Part shown: piece after piece, positions 30,577 through 41,139 of the stretch
How positions within the stretch are numbered: the first letter of the stretch is position 1
How the letters are laid out: each line of letters starts with the position of its first letter
The notes under the pieces: generated by a model
Databases searched by the model: none
What the model was told of the DNA's origin: nothing
What the model saw: the letters and a program-made list of their open reading frames with translations, nothing else
Origin: an uncultured bacterium
Lineage (GTDB): Bacteria > Chlamydiota > Chlamydiia > Chlamydiales > SM23-39
Reading direction: 5' to 3'
Assembly: GCA_963716985.1 (NCBI GenBank)
Contig: OY970323.1
Coordinates: forward strand, 1,312,001 to 1,376,000
Length of the DNA stretch: 64,000 bases
Made by a program: the position numbers and the translations under genes

Positions 30577-31050
30577 ATGGATCTTGATCTTATCCCCGAT
30601 GACAAGTTAAAGATAGCGCCCGCATTTTCACCAGCTCCCATGCTCGACTTTTTCTTCCTCATGCTTGCCTTCTTCGCAACTTTGGCCGTCACTCGGATTA
30701 CCCTCTTTGACACGCAGCTCGATCTCGTGCAGCTTGCCAAAGAACCTAACGCGGCCCAAGTCTTTCCCTCATCGGAAAATATTCATGTCAACATCGGCAT
30801 TTCAGAAGGAGGCGATTATCGTTGGATTACCGACATTCACGACTATCCCATGGAGACAGCAGAAAAAATACAAAAAGAGCTGCTCTATCAGTATAGCATT
30901 GGAGTTTTGCCGGCAGAGAAATCCAAAACCCAAGTGCTCTTGCACGTCGATCGAAAAGCCCCTTGGGAAAAAATTGCCAAACTGATCTTTTCCGTCCGAG
31001 AAATCGGATTCGATGCTTTTCCTGTTTATCAACCAGACGGTGGGTCATGA
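30577..31050 (+). CDS. exbD: ExbD/TolR biopolymer transport protein
   Basis: PMLDFFFLMLAFF TM motif, VLLHVDRKAPW; follows exbB. Confidence 0.88.
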   Translation: MDLDLIPDDKLKIAPAFSPAPMLDFFFLMLAFFATLAVTRITLFDTQLDLVQLAKEPNAAQVFPSSENIHVNIGISEGGDYRWITDIHDYPMETAEKIQKELLYQYSIGVLPAEKSKTQVLLHVDRKAPWEKIAKLIFSVREIGFDAFPVYQPDGGS

Positions 31051-31649
31051 AAGAGAGCCTTCTCTCTATTCTTCGAAATAAAAAATGCAATCTTTCTTCT
31101 TTCCGAAAAGCCTCCGACCAGCTCTCTTTTCTCATCGCAGCGGACGGAGCCTCGATGGTCAAAGAAAAACCGATCTCCCTCCAAACGCCTCTCTCTTCCT
31201 GCAAGGGCAGATGCGTTGCAGAAAAAATCGTTTTGATTCCCATTTTGCGCTCCGGAATTGCGCTTCTTCCCGCTTTCCTCTATTTCTTTCCCGATGCCAC
31301 AGTGGGTTTTCTCGGTCTGCGGCGGGAGGAGAAGACCGCAGAGCCTATCCTCTACTATGAAAAACTCCCCCCCCTCTCTTCTCAAGATCTCATCTTTCTA
31401 TTAGACCCCATGCTTGCAACCGGAGGAAGCTCTCTTCTGGCCATTGAAAAAATTCTCAAAAAAGGCGGAAGAGAAGATCAAATCCATCTGACAGGAATTA
31501 TTGGTTCTGTCCCCGGCGTTCATGAAATCAAAGCACGCCATTCTAAGGTGCATATTCATCTTGCCGCCATCGACAAAAAGATCAATAAAGAGAAATTCAT
31601 TGTCCCGGGCCTTGGTGATTTTGGAGATCGCTATTTCGGAACACCCTGA
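31047..31649 (+). CDS. upp: uracil phosphoribosyltransferase
   Basis: IPILRSG, LLDPMLATGGS, IVPGLGDFGDRYFGT. Confidence 0.95.
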   Translation: MKESLLSILRNKKCNLSSFRKASDQLSFLIAADGASMVKEKPISLQTPLSSCKGRCVAEKIVLIPILRSGIALLPAFLYFFPDATVGFLGLRREEKTAEPILYYEKLPPLSSQDLIFLLDPMLATGGSSLLAIEKILKKGGREDQIHLTGIIGSVPGVHEIKARHSKVHIHLAAIDKKINKEKFIVPGLGDFGDRYFGTP

Positions 31650-31777
31650 CCGCAGGGCTTTTTCAGCCCATCAAAAACACGAATTTATCGACATTGATCT
31701 GCTGCTTTTAGCGGGAACTATACTGGACATCTTCTTGACGAAAACCAAACTTGTGCCTAAATTTAAATCTATCTTAA

Positions 31778-31859
<82 letters not shown>

Positions 31860-31956
31860 CATCTCCGGAGACATTTTCAGAAAGGAAGACGTCTCCGTAT
31901 TTTTCTTTTTCTAAGTTATTGGATTTCTGCAAGATAATGGCAAGCGCTGGATTCAA

Positions 31957-32221
31957 CTGGAGTTTGGACTAATTTCTGGGACCAGGAGGCGCAGAAATCA
32001 GTCTAAATTAAACGTCATCTCCTATGATTAACCTGCAGAACAAGAGCAACAAAGGATGTTGCAGTCGAATTATCTGGGGGTTTGAGATTTTTGGACAATT
32101 TTCTCAAACCCCCGAATAAATCAAGCAATATGGTTTTCCGACAGAAATCGCTATAGAGCACAAATCAAGATTTGAACTGATTTTGTACCAGATTCAGACG
32201 CGAAATTAGTCCAAACTCCAG
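31957..32221. mobile_element. 265-bp MITE (family A), copy 1
   Basis: 20-bp TIR CTGGAGTTTGGACTAATTTC; appears identical to 44535-44799; no TSD at this copy. Confidence 0.9.
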
Positions 32222-32345
32222 AGTGATATAAACCAGAGCATACAGCATCAAGAAAACCAACAACTTAAAGAAGCTTTAATTCTGCTCATTTAATCCAATA
32301 TTGACCAGTCTTTCCTGACCAAGTGCGTAAAATTTGCGTAATTTG

Positions 32346-32374
32346 TTGACATATGTCAAAAACTTCGTTATTAT
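32346..32374 (+). promoter_or_regulatory. sigma66/70 promoter of the TA operon with overlapping palindromic operator
   Basis: TTGACA-17 bp-TATTAT; perfect palindrome TTGACATATGTCAA (32346-32359) covers the -35 box. Confidence 0.75.
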
Positions 32375-32397
32375 CAAGATTTGATAAGGAAAATGGC

Positions 32398-32688
32398 ATG
32401 TCTCATTGGACTGTGGCCTTTTCTAAAGATGCGAGAAAGCAATATAAGAAACTCGAACGTAGCGGATCCAAAATCCTTGACGTAATTGACTTTTTGGCCC
32501 TCGATCTCCAGAAAAATGGACCATATCTACCTTCATGGCCTCATTATAAGCCATTAGGGAAAGATCTTTTTCATTGTCATCTTCGCAAAGGACATCCTAC
32601 ATATGTCGCTTGCTGGAAGATTATAGGCAAACAAATGAGACAAATTGAGGTATATTATGTCGGCTCACATGAAAATGCACCATATTAA
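32398..32688 (+). CDS. RelE/HigB-like toxin
   Basis: 96 aa: WTVAFSKDARKQYKKL...WPHY...HCHL..GHPTYVACW...VYYVGSHENAPY; upstream of an HTH gene. Confidence 0.8.
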   Translation: MSHWTVAFSKDARKQYKKLERSGSKILDVIDFLALDLQKNGPYLPSWPHYKPLGKDLFHCHLRKGHPTYVACWKIIGKQMRQIEVYYVGSHENAPY

Positions 32689-33052
32689 AGATGGTCTAGC
32701 TTATAAAGTTATCATCGAAATGCCAGGAAGAACAAAGAGACTTTCCTTTGTGCCAGAAAAATATCTGCACAAACTCGAAGCATTCTTGGAAAAGTATGGG
32801 CAATCCGAATCGACTTCATGGGAAGAACTCGCCAGCAAACGCATTGCCAAATTTAAGAAGCAGGGCTTGGTGCTTAGAGGCGCTCGCCAGAGAGAAGGTC
32901 TCTCTCAAAAAGCATTGGCCAAAAAAAGCGGCATCAATCAAGAAAATATCTCTAAACTAGAAAATGGTCAAAGACCTATTGGCGAAAAAGTAGCTAAAAA
33001 ATTGGCAAAAGCTCTACGAATCGATTGCGAGCTCTTACTTCATGCGATATAA
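32657..33052 (+). CDS. HigA-like XRE HTH antitoxin
   Basis: LRGARQREGLSQKALAKKSGINQENISKLENGQRPIG; GAGGT SD. Confidence 0.85.
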   Translation: MSAHMKMHHIKDGLAYKVIIEMPGRTKRLSFVPEKYLHKLEAFLEKYGQSESTSWEELASKRIAKFKKQGLVLRGARQREGLSQKALAKKSGINQENISKLENGQRPIGEKVAKKLAKALRIDCELLLHAI

Positions 33053-33094
33053 TCCCCTCAACTGGAGCTTCTATTTTTGGGCGGGTCAGTTCAA

Positions 33095-34276
33095 TCAAAA
33101 AAACCCACCCAAAGACAATAAGAAACTCTTCAGATATTTTCCTTCTTTATGAAACAGACTGATCGGATGATCATAGGCCAAGTGATGGGAGGAAAGAATT
33201 TTCACTTGTCTTTTCGCCTCTTTTGCTGCTCGAAATATTAAGGAAAGAAAATTCTCTTCCGAAACGTGATAGGAGCAGCTGCAAGTCAATAAAAGGCTGC
33301 CCTCGGGCATTTTTTTAAAAGCAAGGCTATGAAGCTCTCGATACCCTCTAATTGCAGAAGAGAGATCTTCGCGTTTTTTTGCAAAAGCCGGAGGATCTAA
33401 GATGAGAAGATCGTAATCCAGAGGTTTTTCTCTGAGAAAATCAAACACATCCTGGCAATAGAACCCATGACCGTCCGGAGACAGTTGATTGAACGAAAAG
33501 TTCTTCTTGGCAAGAGTTAGCGCCTTTTCTGAAATCTCGATCGAATCCACTTTTTTTGCGCCTCCCGCAGCAGCAGAAACGGAAAAAGCTCCGGTATAGG
33601 CAAAGGCATTTAAAACTCGTTTTTGAAAAGCAATATCCTTGATCGCAAAGCGCATCTCTCTCTGATCGAGGAAAAAACCCGTTTTTTGGCCTTGAGGGAT
33701 TTTCACAAGATAGCGCAAACCCTTTTCCAAAATTTCGATTTCGTCGGGAACATCTCCCCACAAAATCCCCTCTTTTCTCTCTAATCCTTCCAAATCCCGA
33801 ACGGACAGATCGGACTTTTCATAGATGCCTTCGATCCGAGGAAGCTTTTCTCTGAGAGTTTCAAGAAGATATTCTTTCAACCTGTCCATACCGAAGGTGG
33901 TGACCTGCAAAACAAGAACTTTTCCGTAAAGATCCACGATCAAGCCGGGCAGGAAATCCCCTTCTCCATGAATCAAACGATAACTATTGGTCTCTTGCCC
34001 TGAAAAAAGACCTTCTCGTAAAGAGATCGCTCTAGAAATGGCATTCCTGATAGCAAGATAGGGATCCTCGCTGCCAAAGCTGACCATCCGCCCAATCAAA
34101 GAACATTTTTCATTAAAATACCCCCAACCCAGCATCTCTCCTTCATGGGTAAAAACCGGAAGCAGATCTCCCTGTCTGCAGGGGGGAAAAGAAGCAATGG
34201 CGCCAGAAAAAATCCAGGGATGAAAATTGCGAACGAACGCATCTTTTTTGGGCTTTAGAATCACCTTGGCTTGCAT
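33095..34276 (-). CDS. rlmI: RlmI-family 23S rRNA m5C methyltransferase
   Basis: HPWIFSGAI, GEGDFLPGLIVD, GQKTGFFLDQR, ILDPPAFAK, TCSCS. Confidence 0.9.
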   Translation of the reverse strand: MQAKVILKPKKDAFVRNFHPWIFSGAIASFPPCRQGDLLPVFTHEGEMLGWGYFNEKCSLIGRMVSFGSEDPYLAIRNAISRAISLREGLFSGQETNSYRLIHGEGDFLPGLIVDLYGKVLVLQVTTFGMDRLKEYLLETLREKLPRIEGIYEKSDLSVRDLEGLERKEGILWGDVPDEIEILEKGLRYLVKIPQGQKTGFFLDQREMRFAIKDIAFQKRVLNAFAYTGAFSVSAAAGGAKKVDSIEISEKALTLAKKNFSFNQLSPDGHGFYCQDVFDFLREKPLDYDLLILDPPAFAKKREDLSSAIRGYRELHSLAFKKMPEGSLLLTCSCSYHVSEENFLSLIFRAAKEAKRQVKILSSHHLAYDHPISLFHKEGKYLKSFLLSLGGFF

Positions 34277-34305
34277 GGAAAAACTCGCGGCTTTTGGTCG
34301 CAGAA

Positions 34306-34917
34306 TTATATCTTATGGAGCGTCAAAATAGCAAATATTCCAAAGCAGAAGATCGCAAGACCCGATATCCGGTTGATCCAAAAAATCACTTTTTGGGAAA
34401 AACTTCCTTTAAAATGGGTCAAACTCTCCGCCAGCAAAAACCACCAAAGAGAAGATCCCACAAAAATTCCAAGCCCGAGAGCGGATCCTTTCATAACCTC
34501 CCTCCATTCCAAAGTGAGACCAAATCCCGCAAAAACAACTAGGTAGGAAAGAAGCGAGAGCGGATTGGAAAGAGCAAACAAAAAACTTGTTGAAAAATCA
34601 AAAAATAACTTGTGGTCATGGAAATGATTGTTTGCCTTTGGAGGCTTATGAAGGAAGATCAAAGCGCCCAAGTAGATCAAAAAGATGCCTCCCGTCAACT
34701 TGAGCCAATATTGAATCTGAATCAAAAAATCCAAGAACAACGGGATCATGAGCGCCGCGCCAATGGCACATAAAGAATAGGCAATAGCAGCGCCAAGTCC
34801 GGAGACAAGTCCCGAAGAAAACCCCCGCCTCATCGTTCGATAGGCGCATAACATGCTAATCGGTCCGATCGGCGCGGTTAAAGAAAAGCCAATGAGCAGC
34901 CCTTTTAAGAAAAGCAT
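34306..34917 (-). CDS. LysE family translocator
   Basis: GFSLTAPIGP, GLGAA, GGIFLIYLG, LSNP motifs. Confidence 0.88.
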   Translation of the reverse strand: MLFLKGLLIGFSLTAPIGPISMLCAYRTMRRGFSSGLVSGLGAAIAYSLCAIGAALMIPLFLDFLIQIQYWLKLTGGIFLIYLGALIFLHKPPKANNHFHDHKLFFDFSTSFLFALSNPLSLLSYLVVFAGFGLTLEWREVMKGSALGLGIFVGSSLWWFLLAESLTHFKGSFSQKVIFWINRISGLAIFCFGIFAILTLHKI

Positions 34918-35107
34918 TCTTCCTCCCTGTTTTTTTCTCATAACAGGAGGGGAATTAGGAGGCAAGAAACAAAAACATAAGAATTGTTAAAAATTCCGTC
35001 CGATTCTTTCCCTCTCTCGATCCATCTCTTTTTTTTTGCAATGGGTTTCTGAAAGGGGTGGCGGCAGTATCTCCAAAGAAAAGCTAAAAGAAGTTTTTTC
35101 AAAAACC

Positions 35108-35332
35108 TTATCTTCGAAAGATCCAAAAAAAAAGATTGAGCAGCAGGGTGAAAAGAGCGCTCAAGAGCAAGCAGGTAGCAAGTGGAAAGCGAACATAGGC
35201 CCCCTCTTTTTTCCACGCAAGATCTCCAGGGAGTCTTCCCAAAGGAAACCCCATTTTCTGTCCAAAATAGATCAAGAGGCCAAGAACAACAAAAGCAAGT
35301 CCCACGAAAATCAATAGTTTCGCAATGTTCAC
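35108..35332 (-). CDS. DUF2905 domain membrane protein
   Basis: LGRLPGD...FPLATCLLLS motif. Confidence 0.85.
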   Translation of the reverse strand: MNIAKLLIFVGLAFVVLGLLIYFGQKMGFPLGRLPGDLAWKKEGAYVRFPLATCLLLSALFTLLLNLFFWIFRR

Positions 35333-35472
35333 CAAAAACCCCCTTTCTTCGAAACTTGAAAGAACAACCATTCTACTTAAGCATGAAAATGAATTCCATC
35401 TTTTGCAATTGACCGCAAAAAGAAGAAATTGTTACAATTTCCCCCAAATTAACCCTCGAAGGAGATTTTTTC

Positions 35473-35685
35473 ATGAAACAGAGAGGAACGGTCAAATGGT
35501 TCGACGAACGCAAAGGATATGGCTTTATCATTCCCGATGGAGAGAAAAAAGATATTTTTGTCCACAACACGAACATAGAAAACGCAAACCGCATTCTGGA
35601 GCCCGGCGAAGTTGTAGAGTTTGAAGTAGCGAATGGAAAAAAAGGTCCGGAAGCCATCAAAGTTCGTTCGATTACCGAAGGCTAA
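35473..35685 (+). CDS. cold-shock protein
   Basis: GTVKWF..KGYGFI..DIFVH..KGPEA; GAAGGAG SD. Confidence 0.95.
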   Translation: MKQRGTVKWFDERKGYGFIIPDGEKKDIFVHNTNIENANRILEPGEVVEFEVANGKKGPEAIKVRSITEG

Positions 35686-35723
35686 GAAATCTCTTCTCGA
35701 AAAGATTTTGCAGCAATTTTTTT

Positions 35724-35748
35724 AAGGCCGCTTGTTATAAGCGGCCTT
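35724..35748. terminator. probable (bidirectional) terminator hairpin
   Basis: AAGGCCGCTT-GTTAT-AAGCGGCCTT between convergent genes. Confidence 0.7.
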
Positions 35749-35750
35749 TC

Positions 35751-36617
35751 TTATTTTGGAAAAAAACATGTGCCGGTTTTTTTCCAAATCCAAGGCACTG
35801 CGCATCCAATCCATAGCCCGAAAACTAGATTGATCGATGCCTGAAAAAAGTGGTGTCCCTCGAGGAGAGGATGCAACAGAAAAAATAAAAGAAATAGGCC
35901 CGCGATGCCGATCAAAGCACGAAGAGCGCCCTCCTTTTTATTCTTAGGATCAACGAGAAGATGCCAACGAGAAGCTAGGTAAAGAGATACCACGATGCCA
36001 AGCGAGGCGCCCGACAAAAGATAGACGGTATCGTTTCGAATAAGGAGAGATGGAATCGTGGAAACGATCGCCCCCCAGATAAAAAGCTCATTCCAAGATT
36101 TTTTCTTCGCCCATCTCTCGATCCAAGGATCCTTCTGATAGAAAAGGATCAGTAAAAAAAGGCCGACCAGCCAACCGCCCAGGACATCCATAGGGAAATG
36201 AACTCCTAAATAAATTCTAGAGAGGCTCACCCAAAAAAAGAAATTGATCGCAGCAAATCTTGTCCAAAACCCCTTTTTCCATTCTTTGAGGATCAGGCCC
36301 GCAAGCAGAATTGCTGTTTGCGCTCCCCCGCTTGGAAAGCTATATCCCGGCACATAGACCAAAGCCACGCTTGGGTCCAAGAAAAAGGGCCGAGGCGTTG
36401 TGAAAAGCATCTTTAAACCAAGATTCAACAAGCTGCTCGCGATGAAAAGATAAAACAAACGAACGCCCCATTTCCACTGCACTCCGAGCCAAATCAGCGG
36501 TATGAGGACAAAGAAAAATTCCTGCCGATCAAAAATATTTAAAAAGATAAACCATTGATCAAGAATTGGTGTTCTGAAATTGTGGAGAAAATAGATCCAA
36601 TCAAGCTGCCAGTGCAT
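35751..36617 (-). CDS. PAP2-family membrane phosphatase
   Basis: K...PRP, SFPSG, SRIYLGVHFPMDV; the second motif reads PSGG rather than PSGH. Confidence 0.85.
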   Translation of the reverse strand: MHWQLDWIYFLHNFRTPILDQWFIFLNIFDRQEFFFVLIPLIWLGVQWKWGVRLFYLFIASSLLNLGLKMLFTTPRPFFLDPSVALVYVPGYSFPSGGAQTAILLAGLILKEWKKGFWTRFAAINFFFWVSLSRIYLGVHFPMDVLGGWLVGLFLLILFYQKDPWIERWAKKKSWNELFIWGAIVSTIPSLLIRNDTVYLLSGASLGIVVSLYLASRWHLLVDPKNKKEGALRALIGIAGLFLLFFLLHPLLEGHHFFQASINLVFGLWIGCAVPWIWKKTGTCFFPK

Positions 36618-36746
36618 AAAAAATTCCGTTTCCTTCCATTCGTAGATGGTTGATTCTCTTGAATCAATCTTTTCCTTGCATCCGTTTTTTGCGATACGAC
36701 TTGGAGCTAATAAGCGATATGATTAAAGCAGTATCTGAGATTTCAC

Positions 36747-37268
36747 TCACTTTTTATCAAAATACTTTTTCAAGATCGCCGGAATCTGTTCGGGAGTTAC
36801 CTGAGGATAGACATCTTCTCCTACTTTGATCACAGGAGCTAAAGCGCACATGCCCAAACAGCGTGTGGACTCGAGGGTAAAGAGGCCATCGTTAGTCGTT
36901 TCGCCAAAATCAATTCCAAGCTCTTCTTTGAGCTTCTTAGCAACATTGTCAGCTCCTCGTACGTGGCAAGCCGTCCCCGTGCAAACGCTGATGATAAAAC
37001 GGCCGATCGTCTTCAATCGGAACAGATGATAAAACGTAGCTACTCCGAACACTTTGGATGTTGGGATTTGCATCACTTGCGCAATCGCATCGAGCCTCTC
37101 TTTGCTCAGATAGCCAAAATGCAGCTGAGTCTTCTGCAATACGGCAATCAGCTGGCTCTCCGGATGGGGCTCCTTTTTGCATTTTTCAATGAAGGCTAAA
37201 ACATCTTGAGGAAGTTCTTTTTTACTTTTCTCGAGAACATCATCTTGGATTGCAGGTTTTTTGCTCAT
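36747..37268 (-). CDS. hydC: [FeFe]-hydrogenase NuoE-like [2Fe-2S] subunit (HydC/HndA)
   Basis: VATFY, CTGTACHVRG, CLGMCALAP. Confidence 0.9.
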   Translation of the reverse strand: MSKKPAIQDDVLEKSKKELPQDVLAFIEKCKKEPHPESQLIAVLQKTQLHFGYLSKERLDAIAQVMQIPTSKVFGVATFYHLFRLKTIGRFIISVCTGTACHVRGADNVAKKLKEELGIDFGETTNDGLFTLESTRCLGMCALAPVIKVGEDVYPQVTPEQIPAILKKYFDKK

Positions 37269-39025
37269 CGGATCCCCTTGGGAAATTTTTGATGGTAATG
37301 GGTATGGAGAAGTTTATGGGCCATCGCGCTTCCGGGCTCCTTGAGAAACTCTTTATAAAGCTTCTGAATTGCGGGATTGTCATGAGAAGTGCGCAGCTTT
37401 TTCCCTTTGTCGATCGAATAAAGCGCTTCGGCACGTTTGGCAAAAAGCTTGGGATCGAGAGTCGTATATCCCTTGGATGGATAGGGCTGCCCCCCTCCCC
37501 CGATACAGCCTCCGGGACAAGCCATGATCTCGATCACGTGAAACTCTTTTTCTCCCGACAGCACTTTATCCAGCAGAGTTTTAGCGTTGACAAGGCCGTT
37601 GGCAACTCCAATGCTTAAGGTAACATCTCCGATCGTCAAACTTTTCTCACGAAGACCCTCAACCGCCCGAACTTCCTTAAATTCAATGTTCGTCAGGACT
37701 TTTCCCGTAATTTCTTCCGCTGCAGTACGAAGGGCGGCTTCCATCACTCCCCCCGTGGTGCCGAAAATCACCCCGGCTCCGGAAACCTCTCCCCAAGGCG
37801 AATCGAATTCGCTATCGGAAAGGTGGGCAAAATCGATTCCATAGTTTTTGATCATCCATCCCAGCTCCCTCGTTGTAAGAACGGCATCGGTAAGCTTCAT
37901 ATCGTCGATCGTATGCTCGGGACGATCCATCTCAAATTTTTTCGCCACGCAGGGCATGATAGCAACGACAAAAATATCATGAGGGTTTTTCCCCATCTTC
38001 TCTGCATAATAGGTCTTGATCAGCGCCGACATCATGCTCATCGGAGAACGGCAGCTCGATGCATGCGGAATGAGTTCCGGATAGAATTTTTCCATAAAAT
38101 TGACCCAACCCGGCGAGCAGGAAGTGATCAGAGGAAGCCTTTCTTTCTTTTTAATTCTGTTCAAAAGCTCATGGGCCTCTTCCATGATGGTCAAATCGGC
38201 CGTATAGGAAGTATCAAAAATGGGGTGAAACCCTAATAATTTCAAAGCCGTTACCATCTTCCCGGTACAGGGAGTTCCGGGATCAAATCCAAAATCCTCT
38301 CCAATCGCAGCGCGAATGGACGGAGCTACCTGCACGACAACGTGTTTGCTCGGATCCGCAAGCGCGGCCCATACGGCATCGGTGTGCCTCTTTTCCTGAA
38401 AAGATGCGGTTGGGCATGCATTAATGCACTGCCCGCATTGAATGCACACCGAATCATCCATGTTCGCCCCATAAGCAGGAGTGACGACCGTATGAAAGCC
38501 CCGATAGTGCTGGCTCAAATTATTCACCCCTTGCACCTCGCTGCAAACACGAACGCAGCGGCGGCAAAGCACGCACTTGTTGGCATCGCGCACAACGGAT
38601 TTACTCGAACTCTCAATGGGATACTGCTTGCGCTTCCCCTCAAAAAGTCTCTCGCGAACTCCATATTCGTAGGCAAGATTCTGCAGCTCGCAATGGCCAT
38701 CTCTTTCGCAGGTTTGGCAATCCTTGGGGTGGTTGTCTAAAAGCAGCTCAATGATATCCCTGCGGGCTTGGCGAATTTCCGGGGAATTGGTCAGCACAAC
38801 CATCCCCTCTTCTGCAAGAGCGCTGCAAGAGGTCACAAAATATTCGACTCCCGTGACCTTCACGATACAGATCCTGCAAGAACCCTCCAAACTCAGACGA
38901 GGGTGGAAGCAAAGCCGAGGAATATGGATCCCGATTTGCTGCGCCACTTGCATGATCGTAGTTCCCGTCGGAACTTTCACCTGATTCTCATTGATAGTTA
39001 AGGTAATTTCTTTTTTTTCCGCCAT
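37265..39025 (-). CDS. hydA: [FeFe]-hydrogenase group A catalytic subunit (HydA/HndD)
   Basis: N-terminal 2Fe-2S, His-ligated and two 4Fe-4S motifs; H-cluster motifs TSCSPGW, MPCVAKKFE and EIMACPGGCIGGGGQP; C-terminal LLHTHY. Confidence 0.96.
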   Translation of the reverse strand: MAEKKEITLTINENQVKVPTGTTIMQVAQQIGIHIPRLCFHPRLSLEGSCRICIVKVTGVEYFVTSCSALAEEGMVVLTNSPEIRQARRDIIELLLDNHPKDCQTCERDGHCELQNLAYEYGVRERLFEGKRKQYPIESSSKSVVRDANKCVLCRRCVRVCSEVQGVNNLSQHYRGFHTVVTPAYGANMDDSVCIQCGQCINACPTASFQEKRHTDAVWAALADPSKHVVVQVAPSIRAAIGEDFGFDPGTPCTGKMVTALKLLGFHPIFDTSYTADLTIMEEAHELLNRIKKKERLPLITSCSPGWVNFMEKFYPELIPHASSCRSPMSMMSALIKTYYAEKMGKNPHDIFVVAIMPCVAKKFEMDRPEHTIDDMKLTDAVLTTRELGWMIKNYGIDFAHLSDSEFDSPWGEVSGAGVIFGTTGGVMEAALRTAAEEITGKVLTNIEFKEVRAVEGLREKSLTIGDVTLSIGVANGLVNAKTLLDKVLSGEKEFHVIEIMACPGGCIGGGGQPYPSKGYTTLDPKLFAKRAEALYSIDKGKKLRTSHDNPAIQKLYKEFLKEPGSAMAHKLLHTHYHQKFPKGIR

Positions 39026-39036
39026 GGCCTTGCCTC

Positions 39037-40974
39037 TTAGAGTTTTTTAACGGCATTGAAGCGACACACTTCAAAACATTTGCCGCACTGGATGCAGCGC
39101 GTTTGATCGATCAGGTGCGTCTTTTTTCTTTCTCCTGATATACAAGCGACAGGACAATTTTTTGCACACATCATACAACCCACGCATTTCTCGGGATCAA
39201 TTTCATAGTGGATCAGATGCTGGCATTTTTTCGCAGGACATGTTTTTTTAACCACATGCGCTACATATTCGTCGCGAAAATATTTAAGAGTGCTCAAAAT
39301 CGGGTTGCACGCAGATCTTCCAAGTCCGCAAAGGGATGCCTTTTTCATGAGAAGCGCCAAGCGTTCCAGCTTTTCGATATCTTCCAAAGTTCCTTTTCCT
39401 GCGATGATGCGATCCAAAATTTCTAAAATACGAACCGTTCCTTCTCTGCAGGGAGTACATTTGCCGCAAGATTCATCTTGGCAAAATTCCATAAAGAAAC
39501 GCGCCACCTGAACCATGCAATCGTCTTCATCTAAGACGATAAGGCCGCCGCTTCCCATGATCGATCCCACTGCAGCAAGTTTTTCATAATCCACAACCGT
39601 ATGCATCAAAGATGCGGGAATACACCCGCCGGCAGGGCCTCCTGTTTGAACGGCCTTCAGTTTTTTCCCCGAAACCGTTCCTCCTCCAATGTCAAAGACA
39701 ATTTCATTGAGCGTCGCTCCCATGGGAACTTCCACAAGACCTGTATGTTTGATCTTTCCCGACATGGCAAAAACTTTCGTTCCCCCGCTCCTGTCCGTAC
39801 CAATTGCTGCAAATTTCTCGCCGCCAATGGACAGAATCACAGGAACATTCGCAAGGGTTTCGACGTTATTGATGATCGTCGGCTTGCCCCAAAGTCCCTG
39901 TACTGCAGGAAAGGGAGGACGTATTCTTGGCTGTCCCCGACTTCCCTCAATGGAGTGGATCAAAGCCGTTTCTTCTCCGCAAACAAACGCTCCGGCCCCA
40001 AGACGCACTTCAAGATCATAGTTAAAATCGGAGCCAAAAATCTTTTTCCCCAGAATGCCGTGGGAGCGGCAAACGTCGATGGCTTTTTCAATACGCTCTA
40101 CAGCTAGAGGATACTCCGCGCGAATGTAGAAAAATCCTCTTTGAGCGCCGATGGCAAAACCCGCGATCATCATGCCTTCAATAACGCTAAAAGGATCGGA
40201 CTCCAGCATGCTGCGGTCCATAAACGCGCCGGGATCCCCTTCGTCCGCATTGCAAATCATGTAGCGCTCTTTTTCTTGATTGGCCCTCGCAAAGGTCCAT
40301 TTTTTTCCCGTTGGAAAACCCGCTCCTCCCCGGCCCCGAAGCTTGGAGGCGTTGATCTCTTCAATCACCCACAGCGGATCATTTTTTTGTAAAACTAAAG
40401 CAAGCGCATGAAATCCATTGGCATCGACATATTCATAGATGTTTTCCGGATCGATCAGTCCGCAATTACGAAGGGCGACTCTTGTCTGGGAGCAATAGAA
40501 GGGCAGATCTCCATAAATTTCACAATATTTGCGCATGATGGAGACTTGGCATAGCTCTTTTTGCTTCACCGATTGCTTCTGTTTTTCTTTGCGCTCTTCG
40601 TCGGTCAGCTCCGCTTCCAAAAGATACTTTTCACAAACTTTGTTTCCCAAAATATGGGAGACAAAGATCTCATGAACCGCGTCTCGGTCTACTTTTCGAT
40701 AGGTGATGTATCGATTCTGGGGAGTAAAAATCGTCACGATTGGCTCTAAACTACAGCGGCCCGTACACCCGACTCGTTTCAGCTCAATGGTTTTTTTTCC
40801 TGCCGCGGAAATGTGTTTACGAAACTCTTCATACACCAGATCGGCGCCGGAGGCATTTTCACAGGTAGCGCTTCCAATCTGGATCACAATTTTTTCGGAA
40901 ATGTTGCCCTTCGAAAGCTCCTCTTTGGCCCTTTGTTTGAGAAGTAGAAATTTTTTTTGCACTTCTTGATTCAT
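39037..40974 (-). CDS. hydB: [FeFe]-hydrogenase NuoF-like FMN/NADH subunit (HydB/HndC) with N-terminal thioredoxin-like ferredoxin
   Basis: LRGRGGAGFPTG, CNADEGDPGAFMDR, GAFVCGEET, ESCGKCTPCREG; two C-terminal 4Fe-4S motifs. Confidence 0.93.
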   Translation of the reverse strand: MNQEVQKKFLLLKQRAKEELSKGNISEKIVIQIGSATCENASGADLVYEEFRKHISAAGKKTIELKRVGCTGRCSLEPIVTIFTPQNRYITYRKVDRDAVHEIFVSHILGNKVCEKYLLEAELTDEERKEKQKQSVKQKELCQVSIMRKYCEIYGDLPFYCSQTRVALRNCGLIDPENIYEYVDANGFHALALVLQKNDPLWVIEEINASKLRGRGGAGFPTGKKWTFARANQEKERYMICNADEGDPGAFMDRSMLESDPFSVIEGMMIAGFAIGAQRGFFYIRAEYPLAVERIEKAIDVCRSHGILGKKIFGSDFNYDLEVRLGAGAFVCGEETALIHSIEGSRGQPRIRPPFPAVQGLWGKPTIINNVETLANVPVILSIGGEKFAAIGTDRSGGTKVFAMSGKIKHTGLVEVPMGATLNEIVFDIGGGTVSGKKLKAVQTGGPAGGCIPASLMHTVVDYEKLAAVGSIMGSGGLIVLDEDDCMVQVARFFMEFCQDESCGKCTPCREGTVRILEILDRIIAGKGTLEDIEKLERLALLMKKASLCGLGRSACNPILSTLKYFRDEYVAHVVKKTCPAKKCQHLIHYEIDPEKCVGCMMCAKNCPVACISGERKKTHLIDQTRCIQCGKCFEVCRFNAVKKL

Positions 40975-41139
40975 TGCCCCTCTCTTCAACCATCTTTGAT
41001 CTCAAGTTTTCACATATCACGGTAAAGAATTATAATGTACTTTTTCTTTTCTCCAACTTGCTTTTCTCCTTTCGATCAGGTATGTAGAAGAAAGAGCGGT
41101 TTTGTACAACTTACGGAACCCAAGTTTTTTGGAGAAATC

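Noticed and set aside
36747..40989. Respiratory complex I nuoEFG
   Set aside because: The large subunit has all three H-cluster motifs and no other nuo genes are adjacent, so this is a hydrogenase.
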